This document shows positions 39,963 through 49,400 of a stretch of DNA of 64,000 nucleotides, one piece after another. This stretch comes from a virus, in the IMG/VR virus record IMGVR_UViG_3300033553_000338, positions 1-64,000 of that record; one strand, 5' to 3'. The translations under genes and the position numbers were made by a program. Within the stretch, counting starts at the first letter, position 1, and every line of letters starts with the position of its first letter. The notes below the pieces were generated by a model. That model was not told the DNA's origin. It ran no database searches and was given only the letters and a program-made list of their open reading frames with translations.

Positions 39963-40253
39963 TTACAATTTGATTTTAGGAACCTTCATTCCATAACGAC
40001 CCATCGGTGGAGCCATTTGTTCTGCAGGTGCAGGACCTTCAGGGGCAGGGCCTCCTGGTGCTGGTCCTTCAGGAGCCATTCCCATCTGTGCTGCCAAAGC
40101 ATTACAGAATTCCAGAGCCATCTGAGGATCTTGGGTTTCGACTACTTGCATAAGCATCTGATCGATACCATCTCCTGCGGGTGCTCCTTCGGGACCTGGT
40201 GCCGGCATACCGCCACCTTCCTGAAACATTTGTAAGTAATTTTTTTTCTTCAT
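39963..40253 (-). CDS. Small Pro/Ala/Gly-rich crAss-like virion-module protein (FQEGG)
   Basis: MFQEGG..PAP...QD...A..FC pattern recalled from delta crAss-like phages; PEGPA repeats. Confidence 0.75.
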   Translation of the reverse strand: MKKKNYLQMFQEGGGMPAPGPEGAPAGDGIDQMLMQVVETQDPQMALEFCNALAAQMGMAPEGPAPGGPAPEGPAPAEQMAPPMGRYGMKVPKIKL

Positions 40254-40293
40254 CTCTTGAATATTTTAGTTCGAACTTTTATTCGTTAAGAAG

Positions 40294-40304
40294 TAATATA
40301 CGAA
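40294..40304 (-). promoter_or_regulatory. Putative phage late promoter TTCGTATATTA
   Basis: Exact motif 41 nt upstream of ATG 40253. Confidence 0.65.
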
Positions 40305-40308
40305 TTTA

Positions 40309-40935
40309 TTAGGAGTTTTGCAATTCGTAGGTTTCCTTTGTTTTACCCTTCACGTAGTCCTGACCACGGGAATCCTGAGCCACAATTTCTTTTAATGTCA
40401 TCCTGGCCAGTCTGCGTAATTCGGAGTCAGTCTCTGCGTTGAGGGCCAGGTTCACAATCTTACGGGTAGATTTCCGGGAAAAGATCCTCTCCCCTCCCTT
40501 GATGGTCATCTGCACTTCCCCGTCTTCATCCAGTACAAAGGCTCTTCCTTCCTGATCGCCGGCAGTACGAACTTCCTTTGGAATCGTGTCCAGGATATCT
40601 CCAACCTCGATCCCTACCTCTTTAGCCATACCCTCCTGGAGCTCCAGTGCATAGGCGATATCATCTCCTGAACCCAGCAAATCCTCATCATCTGGATCCC
40701 CGGTTTCAATATACAGCACTTCCAGATCCTCGGACAGAAAAATAATGTCCAGTGGAAATTTAGTATCCTTCATCCAGATCCGGTTGTCCCGGATAACCGG
40801 GAAGACGATCAACATACATTCATCATCTTCAGGGATATCCTCAACCCCAGAGTATCCTTTTTTCCGGTCCTCCTCTGCAACTGCGACAGAGCAACGGAAT
40901 TCCTGGTCCTTCAGCTTAAGATTAATTTTCTTCAT
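40309..40935 (-). CDS. DUF192-domain protein (crAss-like type with a C-terminal extension)
   Basis: VA..EE.R.KG...ML..F...WMKDT.FPLDIIF...YALEL..G.....GI..GD, then QM..KGGERIFSRK.T. Confidence 0.85.
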   Translation of the reverse strand: MKKINLKLKDQEFRCSVAVAEEDRKKGYSGVEDIPEDDECMLIVFPVIRDNRIWMKDTKFPLDIIFLSEDLEVLYIETGDPDDEDLLGSGDDIAYALELQEGMAKEVGIEVGDILDTIPKEVRTAGDQEGRAFVLDEDGEVQMTIKGGERIFSRKSTRKIVNLALNAETDSELRRLARMTLKEIVAQDSRGQDYVKGKTKETYELQNS

Positions 40936-42187
40936 CGGTAATCATTTTTTCAGTAAAGTCAATAGTGTTGTTGCGGACCTCATCGCGAAGACGTTTGCCC
41001 ACCTCCAGTAATTCATCTTTGGTGATGTCTCCGGACTCCAGTTTCTTTGCATATTTCTCCAGGAACAAGGTAACATCAATTGTGAAGATGATTTCCTCTC
41101 GCTCGATCTCCGCTATCTTCTTTAAGGATCCACCTTCTTCCCTCACAACCACCGGCAGACCTTTGTCCCCCAGGTTATTTTTATGGGCATGAAGTACCCC
41201 TTTGGGGATCACGTTCATACTACCTCCATCACGGAACTTGTCGATACCCATATTTTCCAGATCAAGGGCTTCAAAATCTGATGGGGCATCCCCTTCAGGA
41301 AATGTGAAGATCTCTCCCTGCTTGTTTTTGTACGGAAGGTAGCCTTCCTCAATATTTTCATAAATGCTGTCAACAAAAGTAGGATGCTTAGAGGTCTTAA
41401 GCATTCGTCCCGTCTTGGGATCGCGTGAAGGGAGATGATATAGCCCATCCTTTTCCTGATACTCTGGTTCCATACCTAGTTCATAGGCCGACTCAAAGTC
41501 ATACAGGTTCGGATCTTCACCTTTCAGGTTATCTGGGAGTGACTCTTTCCACTTATCAAAGGATACTCCTAAAATTCCACCTTCCTGGTAGCTTGCGGTA
41601 AACTTCTTCTTTTTCTCTTTGGGGATATCCCCACCTTCTTCGAGTTTACAACCGCAGCCACACTTTCCACCCTTAAGTAATTTGCATCCGCATCCACAGT
41701 CCCCGAACTCCTCAGAATCATCCTCCCCCTCAACCTTTGTAGTGATCCTTTTACTGGCAACATCGATGCTGATCTTAAGAATCAAATCCTGCAGATCCTC
41801 ATCCAGGTTCTCATGCTTCGCGATATCACCACCGGTCATCAGCAGCTTACCACCGGTACGGTTGAGCATCAGGTTATTAAAATACCCTGTACCCGCTGCA
41901 TTGGCGTTAGCCAGTGAAGCCCCATCCTGATTAAGCATGGAAAGATCCGCAGAGTATTTCTTCTGATCTGCCAGTGCTTTAGCATCTAGCTCATCTCGTT
42001 GTTTGCGGGTTTTGACTAGCCCAAGAACGGTCCCAAGAACAGCCCCCGCAGCAGCACCATAAGGGCCAAATTGAGATCCCATCGATGCTAAGCTGGAAGC
42101 ACTTCCCATAACATTAGATGCCCCGGTACCTTCTGGCAGGGATACGCTTTCAGGCACAGGAGGTGCCCCAAGATTTACCTTTATCAT
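40922..42187 (-). CDS. Virion cargo protein with a glycine-zipper transmembrane segment and multiple xxxGG motifs
   Basis: FGPYGAAAGAVLGTVLGL; C-terminal NVIP.G.LHA.K...KG.PVV...AEIEREEIIF, conserved in crAss-like phages. Confidence 0.7.
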   Translation of the reverse strand: MIKVNLGAPPVPESVSLPEGTGASNVMGSASSLASMGSQFGPYGAAAGAVLGTVLGLVKTRKQRDELDAKALADQKKYSADLSMLNQDGASLANANAAGTGYFNNLMLNRTGGKLLMTGGDIAKHENLDEDLQDLILKISIDVASKRITTKVEGEDDSEEFGDCGCGCKLLKGGKCGCGCKLEEGGDIPKEKKKKFTASYQEGGILGVSFDKWKESLPDNLKGEDPNLYDFESAYELGMEPEYQEKDGLYHLPSRDPKTGRMLKTSKHPTFVDSIYENIEEGYLPYKNKQGEIFTFPEGDAPSDFEALDLENMGIDKFRDGGSMNVIPKGVLHAHKNNLGDKGLPVVVREEGGSLKKIAEIEREEIIFTIDVTLFLEKYAKKLESGDITKDELLEVGKRLRDEVRNNTIDFTEKMITDEEN

Positions 42188-42204
42188 AGTTTAACTGTTT
42201 ATTA

Positions 42205-42215
42205 TAAGATACGAA
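42205..42215 (-). promoter_or_regulatory. Putative phage late promoter (TTCGTATCTTA)
   Basis: One-mismatch copy 18 nt upstream of ATG 42187. Confidence 0.6.
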
Positions 42216-42232
42216 TAATCAGCGAGATTCCA

Positions 42233-45200
42233 TTACGCTGAGAATGTTGTAACAATACCGTACACTTTAACTTCTTCCCCACTCTCGTACCGGATACTCA
42301 CCTTAATTGCGGAGTCCTGAAAGTGACGGAACTTCATCCTGCTCCAGGCATCCTGAGAAATAAACATCGGTTGAAGGCCTTTGCTCATGACAATCTCCAG
42401 TTTACCGGGAGAGTAGAAAGCATTGGCCCGGGAGATCGGATTGAATCTGCGGTCACGAACTTCCTGACGGAAAAACATGGCAGGGTACGTCACCGAACGA
42501 TCACCAAGAACTCCAAAATGGTTGAAGTATCCGGCCTCAGCCTCCTCCCATGATCCATATTTGCGGGTATCCGGAGCACTCATGACGTGATTGAGTAGTG
42601 GGTTATCCCCACTTAACACGTACATGATGTTGCTTGGAGTCGCATGGTTGCTGATCAGTGTCAGCATTTCAAAATTCTTTAGCATCGTAGGATTCTGCGC
42701 GATGGCCAGGGTAAACTCGACAACCGGGTCTTTCCCGTAAAAAGAACCAAACATCGGGATGGCAGGATTAAATCCTTCATGTTTCCAGATCAGTCTGCGA
42801 AGACTGTCCCCGGGTGCATAAAGTGATGAATTTACCCTCAATATCTCGGAGGAGCCCCCTGCGATAATTCCTGTCTCAATATCCTGAATAAATTTCAGCG
42901 TAGTGGAAGGAAGTTCAGCTGTATCCTGTTTATTCGCGATACTATACATTGTACCATTATGGTTGAACATGAACTCCGGTGCCACACTCCATCTGGTTAC
43001 CCAGATGTCCAGATCCTCGTTGTAGATGATAGTCACACAGTTGTTGATCTTGGAGTTAAAACCTGGTGCAATCTTCGCATAGATTTCAAGAAAAAGCTCC
43101 ACATACCGGATCCGATCCTCTCTCCGAAGATGGTTCATGGAATGATCCTCTCCATACCATCCCTCTTCGGCCCAGTGATACAGAAGATCCTTGGATTTAA
43201 CAAGGTCACCACCTGAGGTGGCCAGCCCTGCATTGTGCAGATTCTTCAAAAAGAAGTAAACATCGGGCTGCATCAGGGTATCGAAATTGGGATGCTGTGA
43301 ATCCTTGTCGTAAATCGTGAAAACCATTTCCCTTTTAGAGGAATCATAGAAAGAAGCAATGTAACGCTCCCCGGGGATTTCCGATTTACCTTTCATCTCG
43401 TACAGGAATCCTTTCAATAAAACTTCAATCCGATTATCCGAGATGATCTCAAACATGCTACCATCCGTTCTCCAGATTTTACCATGGTCCGCATCGATAC
43501 CGTACACGAAACGATCTGATTTCTCCACTGATCTGGGAAACTTACTCCCAAACTTCGCTGACAGCGGAGAAGGTTTTTCAGAAAGCACATTGGAAGACTT
43601 GGTGTACACCGGATTGTTTGGATCCCCGTTGACCAGTTCGCGATCATTCACCCCTACCAGGTACGTTCCCTTGGAGTGGACCACAATCAGGTTATTACGG
43701 TATTCAATCATCCGGTTGATTTCCCCCATCTCTGAGCCATACGTTTTGCTTGCAGCCAGATCGAAGTCACGATAGGCATTGTAAAAGGAATTCCGTGACA
43801 TGGTACCAGAGAAAGCTACAGTGTTTGCACCTTTCTTCGCGTAGAACGGAGCACTTCCGCTCACTGCGTAATACTTCCTTCCCTGAAAGTTATCCTTGAA
43901 TCCCTGGTTAAACGCTGTAGTCTCTTCCTGCTTGGCACCATTCGATATTCTCAACACACTGTCCGAAGCACCGGCTAATGGAAGAAACGTTCTGGGACCA
44001 CCATAAGAGGCTGATTCCGCTTCATCCTTAATCTCGTTATGACGGGCGTAGTTGAGGTAATTGGAGGCATGGGTAGCCATAATACTCATGGAAGCCGCAG
44101 CTGCGCGGTAACTGTTCGGTTCGGTAGTTCCCTGACCTAAACCGGTAAATTGAGGACTATTGGATGAAGGGGAACCGGAGATGGCCGGCAATGACCTTGC
44201 AACATTGTGTACCGTAGTGGTGATAAAACAGTCCCCACGGGTACCAAAGGCAACCGACACCCGCTTGTTGATGAAATCTTTCAACTTCATCTTCGGAGTG
44301 ATGGCAATATGCTGGTCATTGTTGTTGGATCCATAGATCACCTGCAGGGTTTCCTGTGAGATTGGTCCGGCAATGTCCGGATACAAGTCATAGAAACCAG
44401 TCTTTAATTCTTCTTTAGCTGAACACCCCACATACGGGGTATAAGCACCAGTCAGATAGGTCAGCACTTGCTGTCCTTCCTCGTTGGTAATGATCCGGCC
44501 AAGAGATCTGAATGGAATCAGACTTGAAAATCCTCCCGGGCTACGGGTATTCTGTCCGTATGCGCGAAAGTCAGGAACTACCTTGATAGCAGTCTTGGTA
44601 TTCTCCGTCATTAGCTTGGAAGGTTTCAAGGCTTGCAGGATATGCTCATCCCTGGTTTCAAATCCAAGGCTACTCACATCCTCAACATCCGAAAGATACC
44701 TAAGAATGTTACGGGTAGAGGTAAACCTTGAGTAGGAGCTCGTATCAATTGAACTGACCAGACTCATCCCAAAGGGCTTACCGTTAAAGTCAGCAGCTGC
44801 CTGAGCAAAGTTTCCAAAAATATCACCAGACTTCAGCCAATACTTGTACACCGGGACCTTATCGACAAACTCATTGTATTGGTAGTTGTCCTCATAAGAT
44901 TCCGAAGCACTCTTATCGGAAACCATGCTTGCGATAAAGGCACCGGCATGGTTATATTCTTTGATTCCCCAGTTCATGTCATCCCCTGACAAGGAAACAC
45001 AATGCTCATAGGCCATGATACCCAGTCCTGTAAACAGGGAAGGTACACAGGCTTTGAAAGAGTTCACGGAGTTGTTCACCGTTGGGATGTATTTCGTGGG
45101 ATCCTCATCCCTGATCACTGTCTTATCAGTCAAGGTACTGTGTACCGGCCCAAGGAAAGCTTGCATCAAAATGTCAGGCCTTCTTTTTGAACGGGTAAAG

Positions 45201-48200
45201 AAAAATCCCTTGAACTGATCCAGAAATCCTGGGTACTCTTCACTCATCTTGTTCAAGTCGAACACGAATTTCGGAAAGAATACCTGGTTCGGTTTCCGTT
45301 GTTTAGGGAATCTACAAACTCCAAGGTTGTTGAAGGTGTAATTGCCGCTGGTGAACCAAGATCCATCAGAAGGGTTATTACTCTCCTCTCTGGATTGGTT
45401 GAAAGATTCAATAACCTCCTTGTTATTGTCGAACATCAGCGGGTTGAAATCCATCCCGATGTAATCAGCCCCGGTAATGGGTATTGGCCGGGTGATAAAG
45501 TTGTTGTTGGAGATGAAGGAAACACTGTAAACATAGGTTTCTTTGGGCCAGTACGCGGCATACCTCTCCACAAACAGGGGATTGTGGTATCCCTGTGTAC
45601 GTGATAAGTTTAACGTTTCCTGAATATCCAGGATGTTTTGGGAATCCAACGAGCCTGATCTGAATTTCTTCAGCTTCTCATTGTAAAAACTGGTAGAGAA
45701 GGTCTGCAGGTTCACATCCTCAGAATCCCCGGGCCAGGCTTCCATGAAGTCTGTAAATTTGTTTCGATCATTCCCCATGGATGGGGTCACAATGATGGAG
45801 GTTCCAACCTTGAATAACTTGTTGTAATCGATATCCTCATGGGTAAAGTTTCCAACGATAAGCCGGTTCTGGATCTGTGCAATGGTTTTGATGGAGCTGA
45901 TCGGTAATTTTTGCTCATCCAGTTTGGCAGCTGGGGCAACCTCACGGGGTTCAAATCCTGTCAAGGTAATCCCCACCTCTGGGCCTTTTATAAGATACTG
46001 ATAATTAACTTTATAAAAGTTTTTCACCAATTGATTGACACCGGTGGCCAGGTCAATGTAGACATTTACGTGATTGAAATAATTGTCAATCCCCGTTAAA
46101 GCAACCTTGATAGCCTTGGTCGTTCTTGATGCTGTCTCCCCTCCCTGGATGGACCCAAGGGTATCACCAAACATGATGGGGATCAGGCCGGTTTCGGCTA
46201 TGAAGTCAGTCTCATTCCCGTCCACCGTTGACAAGGTGAACAGCAGCTTATATCCACCAACCTCAAGACAACCCCCACTGGAGGTTACTTCCAAAACTTC
46301 CGATTGTGGAATAGCATCTTCGGTTTGTACCAGACGGGTAGAAATTTCAACAGTTTCAGAAAAGTATCGGTTGCTTTCTTTGCCCCCGGACCTGCGGACA
46401 ATTTCATATTCAGAATCTTTTCGTGCGGAAAATCCGGAGTTAATCACCCTTGGGGCATGCTCCCCGTCAGTAAAAATTACATTCACCGAACCATCGTACA
46501 CGGGCTGGATTTCCAGCTCCACATAGGAATTCCCGGATAGCTTGATCTGGTCCGTGATGAACGCGGCCTCGTTTAAGTTTTGCAGTGGTTGGTACACCTC
46601 AATCAGTTTGCCCTTAGGATGGCCGTAGTAAGGTGAAGGGAACGTTCCGATCTCCAGGTTGTACCAATTCCCTTTAAAGTTTTCTGTGACCAGGATAGAC
46701 GATCTGACGATACGTTTGAAGTAAGTCGTGCTGTCCTTGGTCTGCCGGCCTGATAAATAAGTCAACCCACCGATGTACAATTCATCCCGGTCATTGCTGT
46801 TCACGGCATAAATGTTTAGAGTTCCTTCATGTCCCATGACTTGATTCAGCGGGATCCTTGTTTCAGTATCTCCATTAATCGTTGCAATGGGAACCAGGTT
46901 GTGAATATTTTTCTCATCCAGGTAGGTGTACGGAGATATAAAAATGTTATAACCTCCGCTTGCATTCGAGGGATCGTGTACAGTCACCAATAGGTCGAAA
47001 TTAGAGACTTTCTTGTCCCCGGACATATCAACGCTCACCTGAAGCTCTAAGTCCTCAAATTTACGAGTAGAATCCACTGTGATCGATTTCTTTGCGTACA
47101 GGTACTTCCCGGATTGGAATCTCCGGACATACAGGCTGTAACTTCCGGGAGGAAGTCCATAGATTACCCCGTTTCCATCCGGATCCACCGGCCTGAAATC
47201 GGAGTAGTCGATAGCAAATTCATACCCGCTATCCTCCACCGGCTTGGATCCGATAGCCCAAGAAGCTACTGCAGGGTCATTGGCCCGGGAATCCACCTTG
47301 AACGTGTCGATACGGTTATCAAACCGGTACATCGACAACCCTGTCCATACTTTTGTGATGGTGAAGCGGTAGTACCCACCTGACCAACTACCTAAATAGT
47401 AAGCATTTCTTGGAGCTACCCTAAACCAGACGTAGTATTTATAGTCTGTAAGTTTCTTTGAAATATTGGCCACATCAACAGAGAAGGAAGTTTCCGCAGT
47501 TGTCCCTAAAGACTTCCACTCCGCTTCGCTGGCTACCTGGTGATTTGCATTATCTGAAACCACGTACTGCACCTCATACGCATTTACGTTGGAATCATTA
47601 GGTTTTGTCCAGGAGAATTGGGCCGAGTATGATTTTAAGGCCGTAGTCTTTGTTTTCAGTGAAGGGATGTTTGCAGGGTAAGTCAACAGCTCCCCGGGCA
47701 CAAGGTTTTCAACCGCTGTGATAATCTCCACCTTCCCGTTTGAATGTAAGTTAGAAGTGGCCGGAGTGACTACGACAGATTTTAACAAGGTGTTGAGGTT
47801 GCTGTATATATCGGATACCAGCGCATCTTTGGTTTCTACAAGGTGAGTTGTAGTAGAATAGGCACTTGCTTCCAGGGACAGTTTGACCTCCCCTTTAGAT
47901 CTGGCCTCTCCCTGAATCTCCAAGTGAATCTGGTCACCTTTCTTTAAGTCCCGAAGCGTTACAGATCCATTCTTGGATATAGAGGAAGATCCGCGATACT
48001 TATCCCCAATCAACCAATCCTCATTACGGTAAGGGATAACATCACTAGGGTACCCGGGGGTATACTCACTTCCATCCTCACGTTCCACACGAAGACGGGC
48101 ATATACGGCAACATGTCTCCAGCTTTTGTGCTTCATCTTTGCCTCTGCAGTTGCAGTAACATTGAATACGTAATTCCCGTCTGCAGGGATCTTATCTCCA

Positions 48201-49123
48201 ACAGGGGTTTTCTGTATTGGGGAATAAACCCAGGTATCACTTAACAATCCACCCCATCCGGAAAATCCACCCATGTTTGCGGTTTCCATGGTAATAGGCA
48301 TTGTTTCAGTGATATCACTGGTATGAGTCAACTTGTCCCTGTCAGCCTCACTGGAATCCTCTGGGTCGGGCTCCGGATTAAATTGCGCTTGATTAATGGA
48401 GTCGTTGTTCCACTGATCGTATGGCGTGATGCCTACATTGTTGGAGCTAACCACCGGAGTTGTTTTATAGTCCGGGTCTGCAATTATAAAGTAGGTGATG
48501 TTGTTGAATGTCTTTGTTCCTAATATGATCTTATCTTCTGACGGTCCCACATTCTCACTTTCGTTGGAAGTCATCTCGGAGAAATAATCGATGGTGCCTA
48601 CCTGGTATCCAATTACCGGAACTCCGTGAACCTGATAATCGATGGAAGCAATGTACTTATCCGGGTTTACTCCAAGCTTAAAGCGGTCACCCTCTGAGTA
48701 CAGGTGCAGTAAAATTGTTTCTACATAAGCAGCGGAGCCATCGGTATAGCTCACAGTGATATCCATGTAGTAATTGTCCAGGCCCTTAAGCTTACTGAGC
48801 ATGTCGGTTCCAGGAGCATATACAAAATAGGACTCCTTGAATTTTACAGGATCCGCACCCATGTCCACTGAAGAGGCTATATCTCTTGTCAGGAGCTCCT
48901 TCTGAAACATCTCAACAACGTTATCCGTTTTGTTGTAATGCTTCTGGTACAGGGAAGTGACCGGGATGGTAGACTTGAGGGACTGGTAAACAAACTTACT
49001 CCCACTCTCCGGAGAGATGGTTACGTTCACGGCATCCAGTAAGGTATCCGGCTGAATTTTAGCCATGTCCCTGTCTGAGATTATCCCGCTGAGAAGGTTA
49101 TTCTCGCTTGTATTTCTTTGCAT
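42233..49123 (-). CDS. Tail muzzle / stabilization protein (P22 gp10-like) with inserted FN3/Ig-like domains
   Basis: EIGTFPSP, YDGSVN.I..DG...PR.INS.F, DGNETDFIAETG and C-terminal beta-propeller-like motifs of crAss muzzle proteins; FN3 motif at about 47378-47680. Confidence 0.8.
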   Translation of the reverse strand: MQRNTSENNLLSGIISDRDMAKIQPDTLLDAVNVTISPESGSKFVYQSLKSTIPVTSLYQKHYNKTDNVVEMFQKELLTRDIASSVDMGADPVKFKESYFVYAPGTDMLSKLKGLDNYYMDITVSYTDGSAAYVETILLHLYSEGDRFKLGVNPDKYIASIDYQVHGVPVIGYQVGTIDYFSEMTSNESENVGPSEDKIILGTKTFNNITYFIIADPDYKTTPVVSSNNVGITPYDQWNNDSINQAQFNPEPDPEDSSEADRDKLTHTSDITETMPITMETANMGGFSGWGGLLSDTWVYSPIQKTPVGDKIPADGNYVFNVTATAEAKMKHKSWRHVAVYARLRVEREDGSEYTPGYPSDVIPYRNEDWLIGDKYRGSSSISKNGSVTLRDLKKGDQIHLEIQGEARSKGEVKLSLEASAYSTTTHLVETKDALVSDIYSNLNTLLKSVVVTPATSNLHSNGKVEIITAVENLVPGELLTYPANIPSLKTKTTALKSYSAQFSWTKPNDSNVNAYEVQYVVSDNANHQVASEAEWKSLGTTAETSFSVDVANISKKLTDYKYYVWFRVAPRNAYYLGSWSGGYYRFTITKVWTGLSMYRFDNRIDTFKVDSRANDPAVASWAIGSKPVEDSGYEFAIDYSDFRPVDPDGNGVIYGLPPGSYSLYVRRFQSGKYLYAKKSITVDSTRKFEDLELQVSVDMSGDKKVSNFDLLVTVHDPSNASGGYNIFISPYTYLDEKNIHNLVPIATINGDTETRIPLNQVMGHEGTLNIYAVNSNDRDELYIGGLTYLSGRQTKDSTTYFKRIVRSSILVTENFKGNWYNLEIGTFPSPYYGHPKGKLIEVYQPLQNLNEAAFITDQIKLSGNSYVELEIQPVYDGSVNVIFTDGEHAPRVINSGFSARKDSEYEIVRRSGGKESNRYFSETVEISTRLVQTEDAIPQSEVLEVTSSGGCLEVGGYKLLFTLSTVDGNETDFIAETGLIPIMFGDTLGSIQGGETASRTTKAIKVALTGIDNYFNHVNVYIDLATGVNQLVKNFYKVNYQYLIKGPEVGITLTGFEPREVAPAAKLDEQKLPISSIKTIAQIQNRLIVGNFTHEDIDYNKLFKVGTSIIVTPSMGNDRNKFTDFMEAWPGDSEDVNLQTFSTSFYNEKLKKFRSGSLDSQNILDIQETLNLSRTQGYHNPLFVERYAAYWPKETYVYSVSFISNNNFITRPIPITGADYIGMDFNPLMFDNNKEVIESFNQSREESNNPSDGSWFTSGNYTFNNLGVCRFPKQRKPNQVFFPKFVFDLNKMSEEYPGFLDQFKGFFFTRSKRRPDILMQAFLGPVHSTLTDKTVIRDEDPTKYIPTVNNSVNSFKACVPSLFTGLGIMAYEHCVSLSGDDMNWGIKEYNHAGAFIASMVSDKSASESYEDNYQYNEFVDKVPVYKYWLKSGDIFGNFAQAAADFNGKPFGMSLVSSIDTSSYSRFTSTRNILRYLSDVEDVSSLGFETRDEHILQALKPSKLMTENTKTAIKVVPDFRAYGQNTRSPGGFSSLIPFRSLGRIITNEEGQQVLTYLTGAYTPYVGCSAKEELKTGFYDLYPDIAGPISQETLQVIYGSNNNDQHIAITPKMKLKDFINKRVSVAFGTRGDCFITTTVHNVARSLPAISGSPSSNSPQFTGLGQGTTEPNSYRAAAASMSIMATHASNYLNYARHNEIKDEAESASYGGPRTFLPLAGASDSVLRISNGAKQEETTAFNQGFKDNFQGRKYYAVSGSAPFYAKKGANTVAFSGTMSRNSFYNAYRDFDLAASKTYGSEMGEINRMIEYRNNLIVVHSKGTYLVGVNDRELVNGDPNNPVYTKSSNVLSEKPSPLSAKFGSKFPRSVEKSDRFVYGIDADHGKIWRTDGSMFEIISDNRIEVLLKGFLYEMKGKSEIPGERYIASFYDSSKREMVFTIYDKDSQHPNFDTLMQPDVYFFLKNLHNAGLATSGGDLVKSKDLLYHWAEEGWYGEDHSMNHLRREDRIRYVELFLEIYAKIAPGFNSKINNCVTIIYNEDLDIWVTRWSVAPEFMFNHNGTMYSIANKQDTAELPSTTLKFIQDIETGIIAGGSSEILRVNSSLYAPGDSLRRLIWKHEGFNPAIPMFGSFYGKDPVVEFTLAIAQNPTMLKNFEMLTLISNHATPSNIMYVLSGDNPLLNHVMSAPDTRKYGSWEEAEAGYFNHFGVLGDRSVTYPAMFFRQEVRDRRFNPISRANAFYSPGKLEIVMSKGLQPMFISQDAWSRMKFRHFQDSAIKVSIRYESGEEVKVYGIVTTFSA

Positions 49124-49400
49124 ATTGCTCTTTTTTAGACTCTCGTAAATTATTCAGCCGAAGCTTGTTGATGAAATATCGCTCTTTCTTTGACTCCGCT
49201 GTCCGCTGGCTCCTGTAAAAAATGATCCGGTACTTGTCAAAGTTCGCGTTGTTACTTTCTAAACGGACATCGTGGTCCCGGTGAATCAAAGACTGGAGAT
49301 TGGACATCCCTTTCTTTACAATCTTGATAATGGACTCTCGCTCGATGTCGGGATACATGCTTTGCAGATCCTCAATATAATTCTTGTAATTTTTTACCAT
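49098..49400 (-). CDS. IHF/HU-like small protein
   Basis: Basic 100-aa protein (Y...L...YP.I....I..IV..G...) in the conserved position before the muzzle gene. Confidence 0.55.
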   Translation of the reverse strand: MVKNYKNYIEDLQSMYPDIERESIIKIVKKGMSNLQSLIHRDHDVRLESNNANFDKYRIIFYRSQRTAESKKERYFINKLRLNNLRESKKEQYAKKYKRE

